DNA of 64,000 nucleotides from a virus. Below, piece after piece: positions 47,391 to 57,498 of this stretch. Within the stretch, counting starts at the first letter, position 1, and every line of letters starts with the position of its first letter. Under the pieces are notes generated by a model, which did no database searches, was not told the DNA's origin, and saw only the letters and a program-made list of their open reading frames with translations. Both the position numbers and the translations under genes were made by a program. The DNA lies in the IMG/VR virus record IMGVR_UViG_3300001041_000002, positions 1-64,000 of that record; one strand, 5' to 3'.

Positions 47391-47620
47391 AGCCAAGATG
47401 GTATTTTGTCAAATCATCCATATGGTCAGATTTACGAAATCCAACACAACAATTATTATACTTAACTTTTGAAGAATTAAATTCAAAAATTAAAAGTTGT
47501 AATATAATAATGTTAATTCCACTGTAATGATACAGTTTTTAGTTGCATTTGGAATAGTATTATGTGCTGCTTGTTTAGGAGTTGGATTGGGTTATCTGAT
47601 TTGGATTACATTTTTCGAGG

Positions 47621-47830
47621 ATGATTAAACTAATCTTTGCAATACTAGCTATTACTGGATATATAACCAATATATCAGATCGTAAAACTTTATCCTACTT
47701 TATCTGGCTAGTATCAAATTCAGGATGGGCTATATTGAGTTATTTAAATAATGAGTATGAACTAATGACTATGTTTATAGTCTATAATGCATTTTGCATA
47801 TATGGAATTATCAGTGAAAGAAAAAAGTGA
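47621..47830 (+). CDS. Small multi-TM (PnuC-like fragment) membrane protein
   Basis: 'FIWLVSNSGW...FIVY..FCIYG'. Confidence 0.5.
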   Translation: MIKLIFAILAITGYITNISDRKTLSYFIWLVSNSGWAILSYLNNEYELMTMFIVYNAFCIYGIISERKK

Positions 47831-48278
47831 TATAGAGGGAGATACTATATATTTAAAAGAACAAAAGTCTCTATATAAAGATGTATCTGAATTATTATCA
47901 GATTATTCAAACAGAGAACATCCGTCAACTTACTGGAGATCAGACGACTCGTTGCAGTGTACTGAAGACAGAAATAGATCTTTTGATGATTTATTATTAC
48001 TATGTAAAAATTACTTTCCAAATACAACAGTAAATGAAATTGTTAAATTTTATGTTAATGAATCAAAATCAGCTAAAAACGAAGACAAAATTGCATATTG
48101 TTCTTATTGTAGTGGGGTTCGGAAACCAGTAGTTCATCCTAAAAATGCAATTAAAAAAAACGTTAAGAACGTAAGTGCTATAAATGATTTCTTCTACTTT
48201 CCATCAATAAGATACGATATTAAAGAAAATTCACAATTCTCTCCACAAGAACTAATTGATATGGTCGATGATGATTAA
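47787..48278 (+). CDS. Hypothetical protein, paralog of 50655..51104
   Basis: Shared 'C...R.RSF.DL..LC.NY.P...YCS.VRK.V'. Confidence 0.6.
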   Translation: MHFAYMELSVKEKSDIEGDTIYLKEQKSLYKDVSELLSDYSNREHPSTYWRSDDSLQCTEDRNRSFDDLLLLCKNYFPNTTVNEIVKFYVNESKSAKNEDKIAYCSYCSGVRKPVVHPKNAIKKNVKNVSAINDFFYFPSIRYDIKENSQFSPQELIDMVDDD

Positions 48279-49389
48279 TAGGGTAATAAAGCGGTTAGAA
48301 GAGAATAGAGAGCGCAGGTTAAATGGAGATATAATCGCTATACCTTGGAGTTTACCAAGATTATCTAGAGTATTACCTGGGATTATCCAAGGTCGCTTCA
48401 ACTTAATATCGGCTAATGCAAAAGTTGGGAAAACTCAAATTACGGACTTTCTCTATGTATATCAGCCAATCGAGTGGTATATGAATAATCGCACTAAGGG
48501 TGTTAGTTTAAAGATACTCTATTTTTCCTTAGAAATGTCAAAAGAAGAGAAGATTATGGCTGTAATAAGCTATAAGTTATTTAAAGACCATGGTGTTATT
48601 ATATCTCCAGAAAATTTACAATCAATGTTTAATGGATATATTCTTGATGAAAAGATTTTACATATAATAAAATCAGCCACATTCCAAACTTGGCTTGCAG
48701 AATTTGAAAGTATTGTTACATACCATGATTCAACTAGGAATCCATTTGGTATTTACAACGCTGTAAAAACATATGCAGAGAATAATGGTCACTATGAGTA
48801 TAAAGAAATGGATTGGCAAGATCCCACTACTGGAGTAGTTTCTAAAAAAAAAGTTATTGACTATTATGTGCCAAATGATCCAAATGAATACGTTATCATC
48901 ATAGTTGATCATATATCATTATTGGCCCCAGAGAAGGGCGAATCCTTGCGTGAGGCTATGGGTAGATTCAGTAGTGAATACTGTCTTAAAATGCGTGATA
49001 GATGGCGTTATATACCAACTATAGTTCAACAGCAAGCTGCTGATTCTGAGAAGCAAGAGTTTACTAAATCTGGTGGAACTATTATTGATAAAATTAAACC
49101 TAGCGCTGATGGATTGGGAGACAACAAAGCTGTTGGTAGAGATGTAAACCTAATGCTTAGCTTATTTTGGCCTGCAAGATATAGTATTAAGGAGTATAAT
49201 AATTGGGATTTATGTCGAATTGGTCATAATCACCGAGAACTACTCATTAACCTTAATCGTAATGGTATTTCATCAGCATCTATTGATCTACTGTTCTTAG
49301 GCGCCTGTAATTATTTTGAAGAACTACCACGTGAGCCTGATGAAAAAACATATCAAAGAATACAATATTTGAACAATTTGACGGTATAG
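48256..49389 (+). CDS. DnaB-like replicative helicase
   Basis: 'ANAKVGKT' Walker A, 'YFSLEM', 'IIVDH' Walker B, 'VQQ', 'NRNG'. Confidence 0.85.
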   Translation: MIWSMMINRVIKRLEENRERRLNGDIIAIPWSLPRLSRVLPGIIQGRFNLISANAKVGKTQITDFLYVYQPIEWYMNNRTKGVSLKILYFSLEMSKEEKIMAVISYKLFKDHGVIISPENLQSMFNGYILDEKILHIIKSATFQTWLAEFESIVTYHDSTRNPFGIYNAVKTYAENNGHYEYKEMDWQDPTTGVVSKKKVIDYYVPNDPNEYVIIIVDHISLLAPEKGESLREAMGRFSSEYCLKMRDRWRYIPTIVQQQAADSEKQEFTKSGGTIIDKIKPSADGLGDNKAVGRDVNLMLSLFWPARYSIKEYNNWDLCRIGHNHRELLINLNRNGISSASIDLLFLGACNYFEELPREPDEKTYQRIQYLNNLTV

Positions 49390-49959
49390 ATGGAAGGAAT
49401 AGAGTTAATAGAATTAGTGGACGATATAGAAGAAGAGTGGAGGGCTATTCCTGGATTTGAAATGTATTTAGTTAGTAATTATGGAAGAGTTTATACAAAA
49501 CATCGCAATAAACTTCTTTCCCCTGCAGATAATGGTCGTGGATACAAAATGGTGTCAATTAGTAAAAATAACATAGCAAAGTTGCATTTAGTACATAGAT
49601 TAGTTGCAATGTTATTTATACCAAATCCATTAAATCTTCCAGAAGTTAATCATAAAGAAGGATTAAAATATAAAAATAGAGTTTTTGATCTGGAGTGGAT
49701 GACAAAATCCGAGAATATGCAGCACGCTGTAGATAATAAATTGCTTTTGCCACACTGGAAGGGAGTATTTGGTAAAAACCATCATAATAGCATAAAAGTG
49801 GATCAGTTTTCTAAATCTGGAGAATTAATTGCTACTTATGATTGTGGAAAAGAAGCAGAAAGAAAAACTGGTATTTTACAGTCTAATACAAGCTCATGTT
49901 GTACTGGCAAATTAAAGTCTGCTGGAGGATTTATATGGAAACATTCTGTAATTAAATAA
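49390..49959 (+). CDS. NUMOD4-HNH-NUMOD1 homing endonuclease
   Basis: 'EEWRAIPG...VSNYGRV', 'VHRLVA.LFIPN...VNH...N...LEW....N..H', 'SAGGFIWK'. Confidence 0.9.
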   Translation: MEGIELIELVDDIEEEWRAIPGFEMYLVSNYGRVYTKHRNKLLSPADNGRGYKMVSISKNNIAKLHLVHRLVAMLFIPNPLNLPEVNHKEGLKYKNRVFDLEWMTKSENMQHAVDNKLLLPHWKGVFGKNHHNSIKVDQFSKSGELIATYDCGKEAERKTGILQSNTSSCCTGKLKSAGGFIWKHSVIK

Positions 49960-49974
49960 AAAAACGATAACTAT

Positions 49975-50649
49975 ATGAACGAATTAGTTGATTTAACAAA
50001 AATATTAAAAGTTGGGGATAAAGTTTATTCTGTGATTTTCGGTAAAAATATTGAAATACTTAAGATATCTAAAAATGGATCTTATTGTATTGATTCAACA
50101 GAAGGATTATTTACTGAATTTGGCCAATATAAACCATTAGGAGAATGCTTAATTTTCCCATCCAAAACACAGCGTGACTGGAAAAAATATATCAAAGATC
50201 TTGAGAATGAAAAGAGGAGATCTGAATTATTAGATAAGGCAATAAAAGATTATCCTATTGGAACTAAAATTAATACAATTACGTTTGTAGGGAAGGCAGA
50301 GGTAACAGGAATACCCGAATTTTCCTATTCTGATGATAACAGTATTATTGAGGTCAAGTGCATTGGTGGGGTAAATAGATATCTTTATCATAACGAAAAA
50401 TGGGCTGAAATCATTAAAGAACCGATGTTTATAACGGAGGATAGAGTTGAAATCTACGATATAATGACATTTGTATTTTATATTGACGGAGGCAAGGCAA
50501 AAGCACAACGAGCTAAATTATGTGTCGATGGAGGACTTTATTTTTCATCCGAATCTGCCGCTGAAGACTATGTTTCTAAAAACAAGAAATTATCACTTAC
50601 CCCAGAACAAAAGGCGGAGATAATTGAATTAATAAAATTACATCGTTAA
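49975..50649 (+). CDS. Hypothetical protein
   Basis: 224 aa, 'ECLIFPSKTQRDW'. Confidence 0.6.
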   Translation: MNELVDLTKILKVGDKVYSVIFGKNIEILKISKNGSYCIDSTEGLFTEFGQYKPLGECLIFPSKTQRDWKKYIKDLENEKRRSELLDKAIKDYPIGTKINTITFVGKAEVTGIPEFSYSDDNSIIEVKCIGGVNRYLYHNEKWAEIIKEPMFITEDRVEIYDIMTFVFYIDGGKAKAQRAKLCVDGGLYFSSESAAEDYVSKNKKLSLTPEQKAEIIELIKLHR

Positions 50650-50654
50650 TCTAT

Positions 50655-51104
50655 ATGAAATTAAAGCATTCAAATAAAAAGATAGAAAACTCTAAATCAT
50701 TAGTTGAATTTATTGAGAATTATCTTAACGAAGGAAGCCCAGCTACTGTTGAGATAGAGTCTAAATTAGAATGTTCTGATGGTAAAAGACGTTCGTTCTC
50801 TGATCTAAAAATGTTGTGTAATAATTATTTACCAGAACTAAATGTTGAAATGGATGACATCATTAAGTGTCTTCCTGAGATAAAGGTTGAGAATGGAAAA
50901 ATAATTGCAATAAGATATTGTAGTCAGGTTCGAAAATGTGTTGTAACGTTATTTCCGGTAAATCAATGGCATTGGGTTTATCTTGATGATTTTAATATAA
51001 TACTTTGTGGTCTCAAATATAACGAAAGAACAACAGATATAGGTTCAGATGGAATATCAGAGCAGTATATTATTGATTTATTGAGAGAAGAAAGAGTTAA
51101 ATAG
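50655..51104 (+). CDS. Hypothetical protein, paralog of 47787..48278
   Basis: Shared Cys/RSF motif set. Confidence 0.6.
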   Translation: MKLKHSNKKIENSKSLVEFIENYLNEGSPATVEIESKLECSDGKRRSFSDLKMLCNNYLPELNVEMDDIIKCLPEIKVENGKIIAIRYCSQVRKCVVTLFPVNQWHWVYLDDFNIILCGLKYNERTTDIGSDGISEQYIIDLLREERVK

Positions 51105-51128
51105 TAACTAAATATAGGAGGAAGATAA

Positions 51129-51905
51129 GTGAGTGAAGAAAAGATTGTGTTACCTACAGAAATTAGAAAGGCTACTGCCATAAACCCATCAGTACAGATG
51201 ATCTATTCCGTAATTAAAGCGGGAAAGACTACAATTTGTGCTCAACTGCCAAATGCATTGCTGGTCGAGATTGGCCCAGAAAAGGCTGATTTTGTTGATG
51301 CAATGACAATTAAAGCCAAGAGTCCAAAAGAATTCGAGGACATTTGTAATGCCATAATCGCACAGGGATGTCCGTATGAATATGTTGTATACGATAGTGT
51401 TACTATTTTAGACGACTGGTCAGAAATAGTGGGTACATTTGATTATATGGATAAAACCCAAGGCAAACGATTTAATCGTGATGCTGCTGGCACTAAATTT
51501 ACGGTTAAAGATCCAAGGTTTGAGACAGTTCACTCTTTTCGCGAAGGATATCAATATTCTCGCAATAAGATGAATGACTGGTATAATTTAATGGCAAGAA
51601 CTGCTAAGCATGTCATCCTATTGGCTCATGTTAAGGATAAATACATTGAGACTAAGACTGGAGATTCAGTTGAGGCTTTGGACATAAATCTTACAGGAAA
51701 AGTCAAGGCCAATTATTGCATTAGAGTTGATGCTGTTGGACATTTTTACCGTAAGGGTAACCAAGGATTCATTAAGTATGACAATGAAAATTCTGTTGTG
51801 TGTGGTGGTAGATGTGATCATTTAACTGGAGATATCTTAATTTCAGAAAAGAATGAAGATAAATCTATCTCTACATATTGGGATAAGATCTATTTAAAAG
51901 AATAG
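51129..51905 (+). CDS. AAA_24 / Sak4-like ATPase
   Basis: 'KAGKTT', 'VVYDSVT', 'VILLAH', 'VDAVG'. Confidence 0.8.
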   Translation: MSEEKIVLPTEIRKATAINPSVQMIYSVIKAGKTTICAQLPNALLVEIGPEKADFVDAMTIKAKSPKEFEDICNAIIAQGCPYEYVVYDSVTILDDWSEIVGTFDYMDKTQGKRFNRDAAGTKFTVKDPRFETVHSFREGYQYSRNKMNDWYNLMARTAKHVILLAHVKDKYIETKTGDSVEALDINLTGKVKANYCIRVDAVGHFYRKGNQGFIKYDNENSVVCGGRCDHLTGDILISEKNEDKSISTYWDKIYLKE

Positions 51906-51907
51906 TT

Positions 51908-52159
51908 ATGATATTTGGACTAATAAAACCTAATGATTGGATTGTTGTTTATAAAAATGGAGGAGGATATACTACCGCTGAAACCAGAAAGTATAACGCT
52001 CCATCAAAAAAATGGTACTGCTATTTGAATTACTCAAAAAGTAGAAATAAATATAAAATAAGTCATTCTTTAGATTATAATTACGATTGGATAAATGCAT
52101 CTAATCCGTATCAAGCTTGTATGGATAGAATGATTAAATTACAAAGGAAAAATAATTAG
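51908..52159 (+). CDS. Hypothetical protein
   Basis: 83-aa ORF. Confidence 0.5.
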   Translation: MIFGLIKPNDWIVVYKNGGGYTTAETRKYNAPSKKWYCYLNYSKSRNKYKISHSLDYNYDWINASNPYQACMDRMIKLQRKNN

Positions 52160-52182
52160 TAATAATTTAAATTTAAATATAT

Positions 52183-52827
52183 ATGGGATTTTCAACTAGA
52201 GGTGTGGTAGCAAATGATGGTAATGGTGGTGGTAGTAAATACCTTACCTATGGTGTACAGAAAGCTGCTATTATTGGATATGAGCTCAAAGAAGCTAAGT
52301 CTGGTAAGCAGCAGGTGGTTTTGTTAATGGAGTCTCCAAAAGTTACTGATGCTGGTTTTGAACCAGATGAGTCAGCTAAACTTGGTGGTCGTGTAGGTCG
52401 TGTTCAGTTTACAATTTATTTTGGGCCTGCTGATAAAGAGCAGAATGACACTTTCATTGAGAGAGTTGCCCTGATTGCCAAGAAACTTAATGTTTCAGAA
52501 AAAGTTGATGCCGTTGAGGCTTCTGATCTAAAAGAATACTTGGATAAATTAATTCCAGTTGTTCGTGGTAAGTTCGCATGGTGGGCTATTAATGCCGAAG
52601 AGTATCAGAAGACTGATTCTGACAAAGTTGGTTATAGTCTTGGGTTGCGCCGCTATGGCTTCGTGGCATCATTGGATGAGATGGAAGCCAATCCTAATCA
52701 TATCAAACCGTTTGACAAGACGAATAAATATGATTACAAAGCCTTGGCTATTCCAAGTAAAGATCCTGATGTAGATCCAATTACTGAAGCTTTCGGTAGT
52801 GGAGACGAACTTCCTTGGGATGTATAA
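52183..52827 (+). CDS. Putative single-stranded DNA-binding protein
   Basis: Follows the Sak4-like ATPase; acidic C-terminal tail 'GDELPWDV'. Confidence 0.6.
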   Translation: MGFSTRGVVANDGNGGGSKYLTYGVQKAAIIGYELKEAKSGKQQVVLLMESPKVTDAGFEPDESAKLGGRVGRVQFTIYFGPADKEQNDTFIERVALIAKKLNVSEKVDAVEASDLKEYLDKLIPVVRGKFAWWAINAEEYQKTDSDKVGYSLGLRRYGFVASLDEMEANPNHIKPFDKTNKYDYKALAIPSKDPDVDPITEAFGSGDELPWDV

Positions 52828-52858
52828 TATTGTTGTTTTATAGTTGTTAAATTTGACT

Positions 52859-52882
52859 GGGCTGCCTACGGGTGGCCCTTTC
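52859..52882 (+). terminator. Intrinsic terminator
   Basis: GGGCTGCC-TACG-GGTGGCCC-TTT. Confidence 0.8.
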
Positions 52883-53254
52883 TATTATCTTTATATAATA
52901 ATGAATTTCTATAATTACAAAATAGTTCTATGTAGAAAATTTAAAATTGGTGATTTAATTTGTCACAAACACAATTTAGATCGTGGGTTTGTATTCTTTT
53001 CAATAGCAACCGATTATGATGTGGATAATTATTCTGGACGAAATGGTTATTATTACAGAATGACAAAAACTCAAATTAAAAAATAATGAGAGAACCTGGA
53101 TATTACTTTGTAAAATGGTTCAAAGATGACGAATGGGAAATTGCATTTAATGATGGGCATAAAATATTTCCATGGTCAATGATTGGATCAGATGAGTCAT
53201 TCAAAGAAGATGCTGTTAGGATAGTTGGAGATAAAATAGAAATACCAAAATAAT

Positions 53255-54280
53255 ATGTTTTCAACACGACTTATTCTTAACAAACAAAATCTTCTAGATA
53301 AAGTATCTACTTATCAAATATTTAGTACTTACGCTAGGAATTTTAAGCAGGTGGGTATAGCGTTCAAATCAGAGTTTAGAGATGAAAAGTCTCCTTCGTG
53401 CATGATAGAAATGATCGGTGGAGACCTTTTATACACAGATTTTGGGGAAGGCTCCTTCCGCGCAATAGAATTCGTCATGAGGAAGTTTGGTTATACGTTT
53501 AGAGATGCTATTAGGAAGATAAACAGTGATTTTAATGTTGGACTAATTGACAACGGAGATTCAGTCATTACATCTTCAGAGGGATATATAGCTAATAGAC
53601 TGTTTCAAAAGCAGGATTTTGTAGAAAAGTCAACAACCGAAATAGAAGTGAGATACGCTCCATATAGAGATGAAGATCTTGAATACTGGGGTCAGTTCGG
53701 TTGGACTGAAGAAATGCTTCAGAAGGCTTCTATTAGGCCAATAGACTTTTACTGGTTGACTATGGAACATAAGGATATTAATAGAATGCCATTTGCTGTA
53801 CCACATGAATTGGCATATACTTACGATTACTATCGTCACTCTGGTATTTACAGGAGGAAGTTATACTTCCCATTACGAGACGGCAAGCACAAGTGGATTT
53901 CTAACGTAGATAATACTGTAATACAAAACTGGGATTTACTTCCCAAAAATGGAGGAGATCTACTGTTTATAACTAGTAGCAAGAAGGATACTGGTGGATT
54001 CTTTAGAATATATAATCAATGGAATGCTTGTGCACCAAATAATGAAGGTACGTTTATTCCGGAAAAAATATTTCTAACCAAAATTAAGCCACGATGGAAG
54101 AGAATTATTATTTGGTATGACAATGATAATACTGGAATAATAAACTCGCTTAAATGGGCTAAAAAGCACCAAATTGAGGCCGTATGGAATCCATTAAGAT
54201 GTCCTTATAAAGACCAGAGTGATTTAATCAAAGCTGATGGGCTTAGGGAATTTAATTATCAACTACAAAAACTAATATAA
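53255..54280 (+). CDS. DNA primase (TOPRIM), crAss-like
   Basis: 'FRDEKSPSC...YTDFG', 'ITSSKKD', 'WYDNDNTG', 'KDQSD'. Confidence 0.8.
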   Translation: MFSTRLILNKQNLLDKVSTYQIFSTYARNFKQVGIAFKSEFRDEKSPSCMIEMIGGDLLYTDFGEGSFRAIEFVMRKFGYTFRDAIRKINSDFNVGLIDNGDSVITSSEGYIANRLFQKQDFVEKSTTEIEVRYAPYRDEDLEYWGQFGWTEEMLQKASIRPIDFYWLTMEHKDINRMPFAVPHELAYTYDYYRHSGIYRRKLYFPLRDGKHKWISNVDNTVIQNWDLLPKNGGDLLFITSSKKDTGGFFRIYNQWNACAPNNEGTFIPEKIFLTKIKPRWKRIIIWYDNDNTGIINSLKWAKKHQIEAVWNPLRCPYKDQSDLIKADGLREFNYQLQKLI

Positions 54281-54292
54281 TAATTAATTATT

Positions 54293-54490
54293 ATGGCGGT
54301 AGAGGCTAAAAACTTATTGAGAATTGGTGATCTTTATTTTCGTGGAAAGGCTAAGAACTCATCAATGCTAATTGGGACATGGGATGATCCATATCAAGAG
54401 ATAGTAAAACTATCTGATTTAAAAATACTAAGGAAATTTATTAACGATTTAATAATGGATATTGAATCCACAACAAAACAAACAAAATGA
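54293..54490 (+). CDS. Hypothetical protein
   Basis: 65-aa ORF. Confidence 0.5.
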   Translation: MAVEAKNLLRIGDLYFRGKAKNSSMLIGTWDDPYQEIVKLSDLKILRKFINDLIMDIESTTKQTK

Positions 54491-54720
54491 AATCTAAAAA
54501 ACTTTCTGATTTAAAAGTTGGAGATAATGTGTGGCATGGCGGAGATTCTGGTTTTTGCCACAGTAGCATTGAAACAATTGTTAAAATTGAAACTAAATTT
54601 GACGAAAACACTGGAGTTTCATACAATATTGGAACAATTAATTCTGGACAAAAATTCGACATGCGAACAGGAAGACCAAAAACAACTCCATGGGCATATT
54701 ATATTAAAACATTAAATTAA
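54487..54720 (+). CDS. Hypothetical protein
   Basis: 77-aa ORF, 'LKVGDNV'. Confidence 0.5.
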   Translation: MKSKKLSDLKVGDNVWHGGDSGFCHSSIETIVKIETKFDENTGVSYNIGTINSGQKFDMRTGRPKTTPWAYYIKTLN

Positions 54721-54725
54721 TAACT

Positions 54726-55421
54726 ATGACAACTAAAAAAATAGGAATTTGTGCGTGGAAGACTGGAGAAAACTCTGTTGGAGTAACTCTATCTTACATA
54801 TTATTCGCAGAACAGTTTGGTGAAGTAATAATGCTTATGCCAAATCATGAGTTTAGACCAGATCTAGATCTATTATTGCTCCCAGGTGGAGTTGATTGTG
54901 ATCCTAGAACATATGGCGAAAAACCATCATTCATGACGCAAAAACCAGATATTCAAAAGGAATATTTCGATAGAGTGCATTTGCCTAAATACATTAATAA
55001 TCAAACTCCTATTTACGGGATTTGCCGCGGACAACAATCTGTGGCAATCGCCCTAGGAGGAAAACTAATTCAACATATGTATCATGAAACTAATAAACCT
55101 GATGATCCAAGTAAAGCTGTTCATAAAATAAGTATCGATACCACTAATTTCCCTAATTATAGGGATTTCTGTGATAATAATGTTGTTATGGAAGTTAACT
55201 CAAGACACCATCAGGCTGTTAGGGAAAAGTCATTACCAGATGATTTGGTTGTTATAGCTAGGCATAATAAAGATAATCATGTTGAAGCATTAGCTCACAG
55301 AACTCTTCCAATTGTTACAGTTCAGTTTCATTCTGAAGATCTCTATGAACCAGAGCCCTTTGACTTTGCCTATCGGACAATTATGCATTTGATAAATACT
55401 AGAACTTCAATATTAGGGTAA
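54726..55421 (+). CDS. Class I glutamine amidotransferase / peptidase C26 (PuuD-like)
   Basis: 'LPGG.D', 'GICRG.Q', 'VNSRHHQ', 'QFHSE'. Confidence 0.88.
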   Translation: MTTKKIGICAWKTGENSVGVTLSYILFAEQFGEVIMLMPNHEFRPDLDLLLLPGGVDCDPRTYGEKPSFMTQKPDIQKEYFDRVHLPKYINNQTPIYGICRGQQSVAIALGGKLIQHMYHETNKPDDPSKAVHKISIDTTNFPNYRDFCDNNVVMEVNSRHHQAVREKSLPDDLVVIARHNKDNHVEALAHRTLPIVTVQFHSEDLYEPEPFDFAYRTIMHLINTRTSILG

Positions 55422-55422
55422 T

Positions 55423-56115
55423 ATGGAATATTTAGCAGACTATGAATATGTTGTTAATGGTATTGTAAAAAAATGTAAATCAATATGTTTTAGTGAAATT
55501 TTTTATCGAAATAATAATACAGACAAATTACCAATAGAGAGTCTCAAAATCAAAATGTATAGAAAATCATACACAGATCAACATAAATTAGAGTTTGATA
55601 AAGATGAGATTAAGTACGTTTTTGAGAGACTTAGCCATATAATAAATCCACCAACTATATCAGATAATTTACTAGAAGAAGATCCTGGGTTAACGTTAGA
55701 TTTTGTATTTAACAAAAACACAGATGCTTACGTTAAGGTGGTGTGTACTATTTCTAGATATTTCTACGAAAGACAAAAGAATAGAAATAAAACATACGCA
55801 GGAATGATGAAGGATTCTATTGAGTGTTCAAAATTAAATCCAGATGTACCTTTTATTGAAATACTTCAATTTATGCATTTCGATGTAGATAGTGGAGGCG
55901 GTCATTCTTTGGTTAATGTGTGTGACGATTGCTGTCTACAGATGATAACGTCTGATGAAACATTTAGGAAAAATATGTTTGACAAAAATGTCCTTAATGT
56001 TTACTCTACTTCATCTGGATCAACAAGTAGTGTGTTTAATAATGGGAATTTAGTCAAAATAACAAATACCAACGAAGAGTATTTAAAAACAATTAACGAA
56101 ATAACACGAATATGA
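55423..56115 (+). CDS. Hypothetical protein within the amidoligase module
   Basis: 230 aa, 'RYFYE...GGGHSL'. Confidence 0.6.
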   Translation: MEYLADYEYVVNGIVKKCKSICFSEIFYRNNNTDKLPIESLKIKMYRKSYTDQHKLEFDKDEIKYVFERLSHIINPPTISDNLLEEDPGLTLDFVFNKNTDAYVKVVCTISRYFYERQKNRNKTYAGMMKDSIECSKLNPDVPFIEILQFMHFDVDSGGGHSLVNVCDDCCLQMITSDETFRKNMFDKNVLNVYSTSSGSTSSVFNNGNLVKITNTNEEYLKTINEITRI

Positions 56116-56753
56116 AAATATTAGTAGTAGGCGGAGATGTGCATTATGCTTCATGGATAGATAGAGAAATTGAATTCTTAGATTCAAAGATTAAGAATGT
56201 GCAACAAGCCGACTTGGTACTCCTAACAGGAGGCGCTGATTTTAGTCCTAAATATTATGGATGCACAGCAAATAAAAAAACACACTCAGATCCAACCAGA
56301 GATTCAGTAGAAATGGAGTTTTTTAGTGTAGCTAAGGGCTACGGTATACCGATGCTTGGGATTTGTAAAGGTGCTCAGGTTTTAACCGCCTTACAGCCTA
56401 ATGGGTACTTAGTCCAACATGTGAATGGGCACGCTGTTTTTTCTCCACATGAGATACAGTTTAATAATGGTAAAAAAATGCTAGCTACATCAACTCATCA
56501 TCAGATGATGTATCCATGGAATACTAAAAATTATGAAATCATTGCGTGGGCTGCAACAAATTTATCGGATATTTATGAATTTTCAAGCGAAAAAGACAGC
56601 GTGCTTAGACTTCCTGATGGAATAGAGCCAGAGATAGTATATTACAATAATACCAGATGTCTAGCTATACAGCCACATCCTGAGAATATGTCCAAGAGTT
56701 CTCCATTAGTTAGGGAGCTTAATGAATTACTTAAAGAAAAGTTTAATCTATAA
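56112..56753 (+). CDS. Second class I GATase / peptidase C26
   Basis: 'TGGAD', 'GICKGAQ', 'STHHQMM', 'QPHPE'. Confidence 0.88.
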   Translation: MKILVVGGDVHYASWIDREIEFLDSKIKNVQQADLVLLTGGADFSPKYYGCTANKKTHSDPTRDSVEMEFFSVAKGYGIPMLGICKGAQVLTALQPNGYLVQHVNGHAVFSPHEIQFNNGKKMLATSTHHQMMYPWNTKNYEIIAWAATNLSDIYEFSSEKDSVLRLPDGIEPEIVYYNNTRCLAIQPHPENMSKSSPLVRELNELLKEKFNL

Positions 56754-56762
56754 AATACAACT

Positions 56763-57134
56763 ATGAGAAAGATAATTGTTTACGGTAGTCTTAGAAAAGG
56801 CCATGGTAACCACAGATATTTGCTTAGTGACAGCCAGTTGTTATCTACTGAGGTAATTAATATACCATTCGCTATGATTTCGTTGGGCGGATTTCCTGGT
56901 TTGATTCCGTCGGAAGAACATCATGATATAACCGTAGAGGTGTATGAAGTGACAGATGAGGTTTACCGCAGCGTGGAATCACTGGAGGGCTATCCCCGCT
57001 TCTATCAAAAAGCTATAGTACCAACATCTCTGGGAGACTATGAGATTTATGTATTGGAAGATCAGAGATATCAAACTGACGACATAATAGAACACGGCGA
57101 TTGGAATAAACACTATACTCCTAGATATGCCTAA
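56763..57134 (+). CDS. Gamma-glutamylcyclotransferase (AIG2-like)
   Basis: 'VYGSLRKG..NH', 'EVYEV', 'LEGYP.FY'. Confidence 0.9.
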   Translation: MRKIIVYGSLRKGHGNHRYLLSDSQLLSTEVINIPFAMISLGGFPGLIPSEEHHDITVEVYEVTDEVYRSVESLEGYPRFYQKAIVPTSLGDYEIYVLEDQRYQTDDIIEHGDWNKHYTPRYA

Positions 57135-57498
57135 ATATAATGATATTTCTGTTAAGGCTAAACCTGGATTTGCTAGATTCACATATACAGTAAGAGTATC
57201 TAATAAGATAATTACTAAGTGGTTTTCTGAAAATAGTAGAGAAGGCGGGGAATATAAACTTAGAAAAGGTGAATTCCCAGAAGAAAGGTTAGCTAGTATA
57301 TATTTATCATGCACTAAAAGCGATGGATTAAATTTTCTCGAAGAAGTTTGTTCTAAAACCAACATAAGACTTTTGGACATCAAGAGTATTATAAATAAAA
57401 GATATAGTGATGAACTCAAAAAGGTTAAAAATCAAGTTAATCGCATGAATACTATTTTTAAGAATAAAATAACACAACTTGAGAATGAGACTATTTAA
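57127..57498 (+). CDS. Hypothetical protein
   Basis: 123-aa ORF overlapping both neighbours. Confidence 0.55.
   Translation: MPKYNDISVKAKPGFARFTYTVRVSNKIITKWFSENSREGGEYKLRKGEFPEERLASIYLSCTKSDGLNFLEEVCSKTNIRLLDIKSIINKRYSDELKKVKNQVNRMNTIFKNKITQLENETI

Noticed and set aside
52844-52900. 5' extension of ORF 52844..53086
   Set aside because: It runs through the terminator hairpin; any real gene starts at the ATG at 52901.
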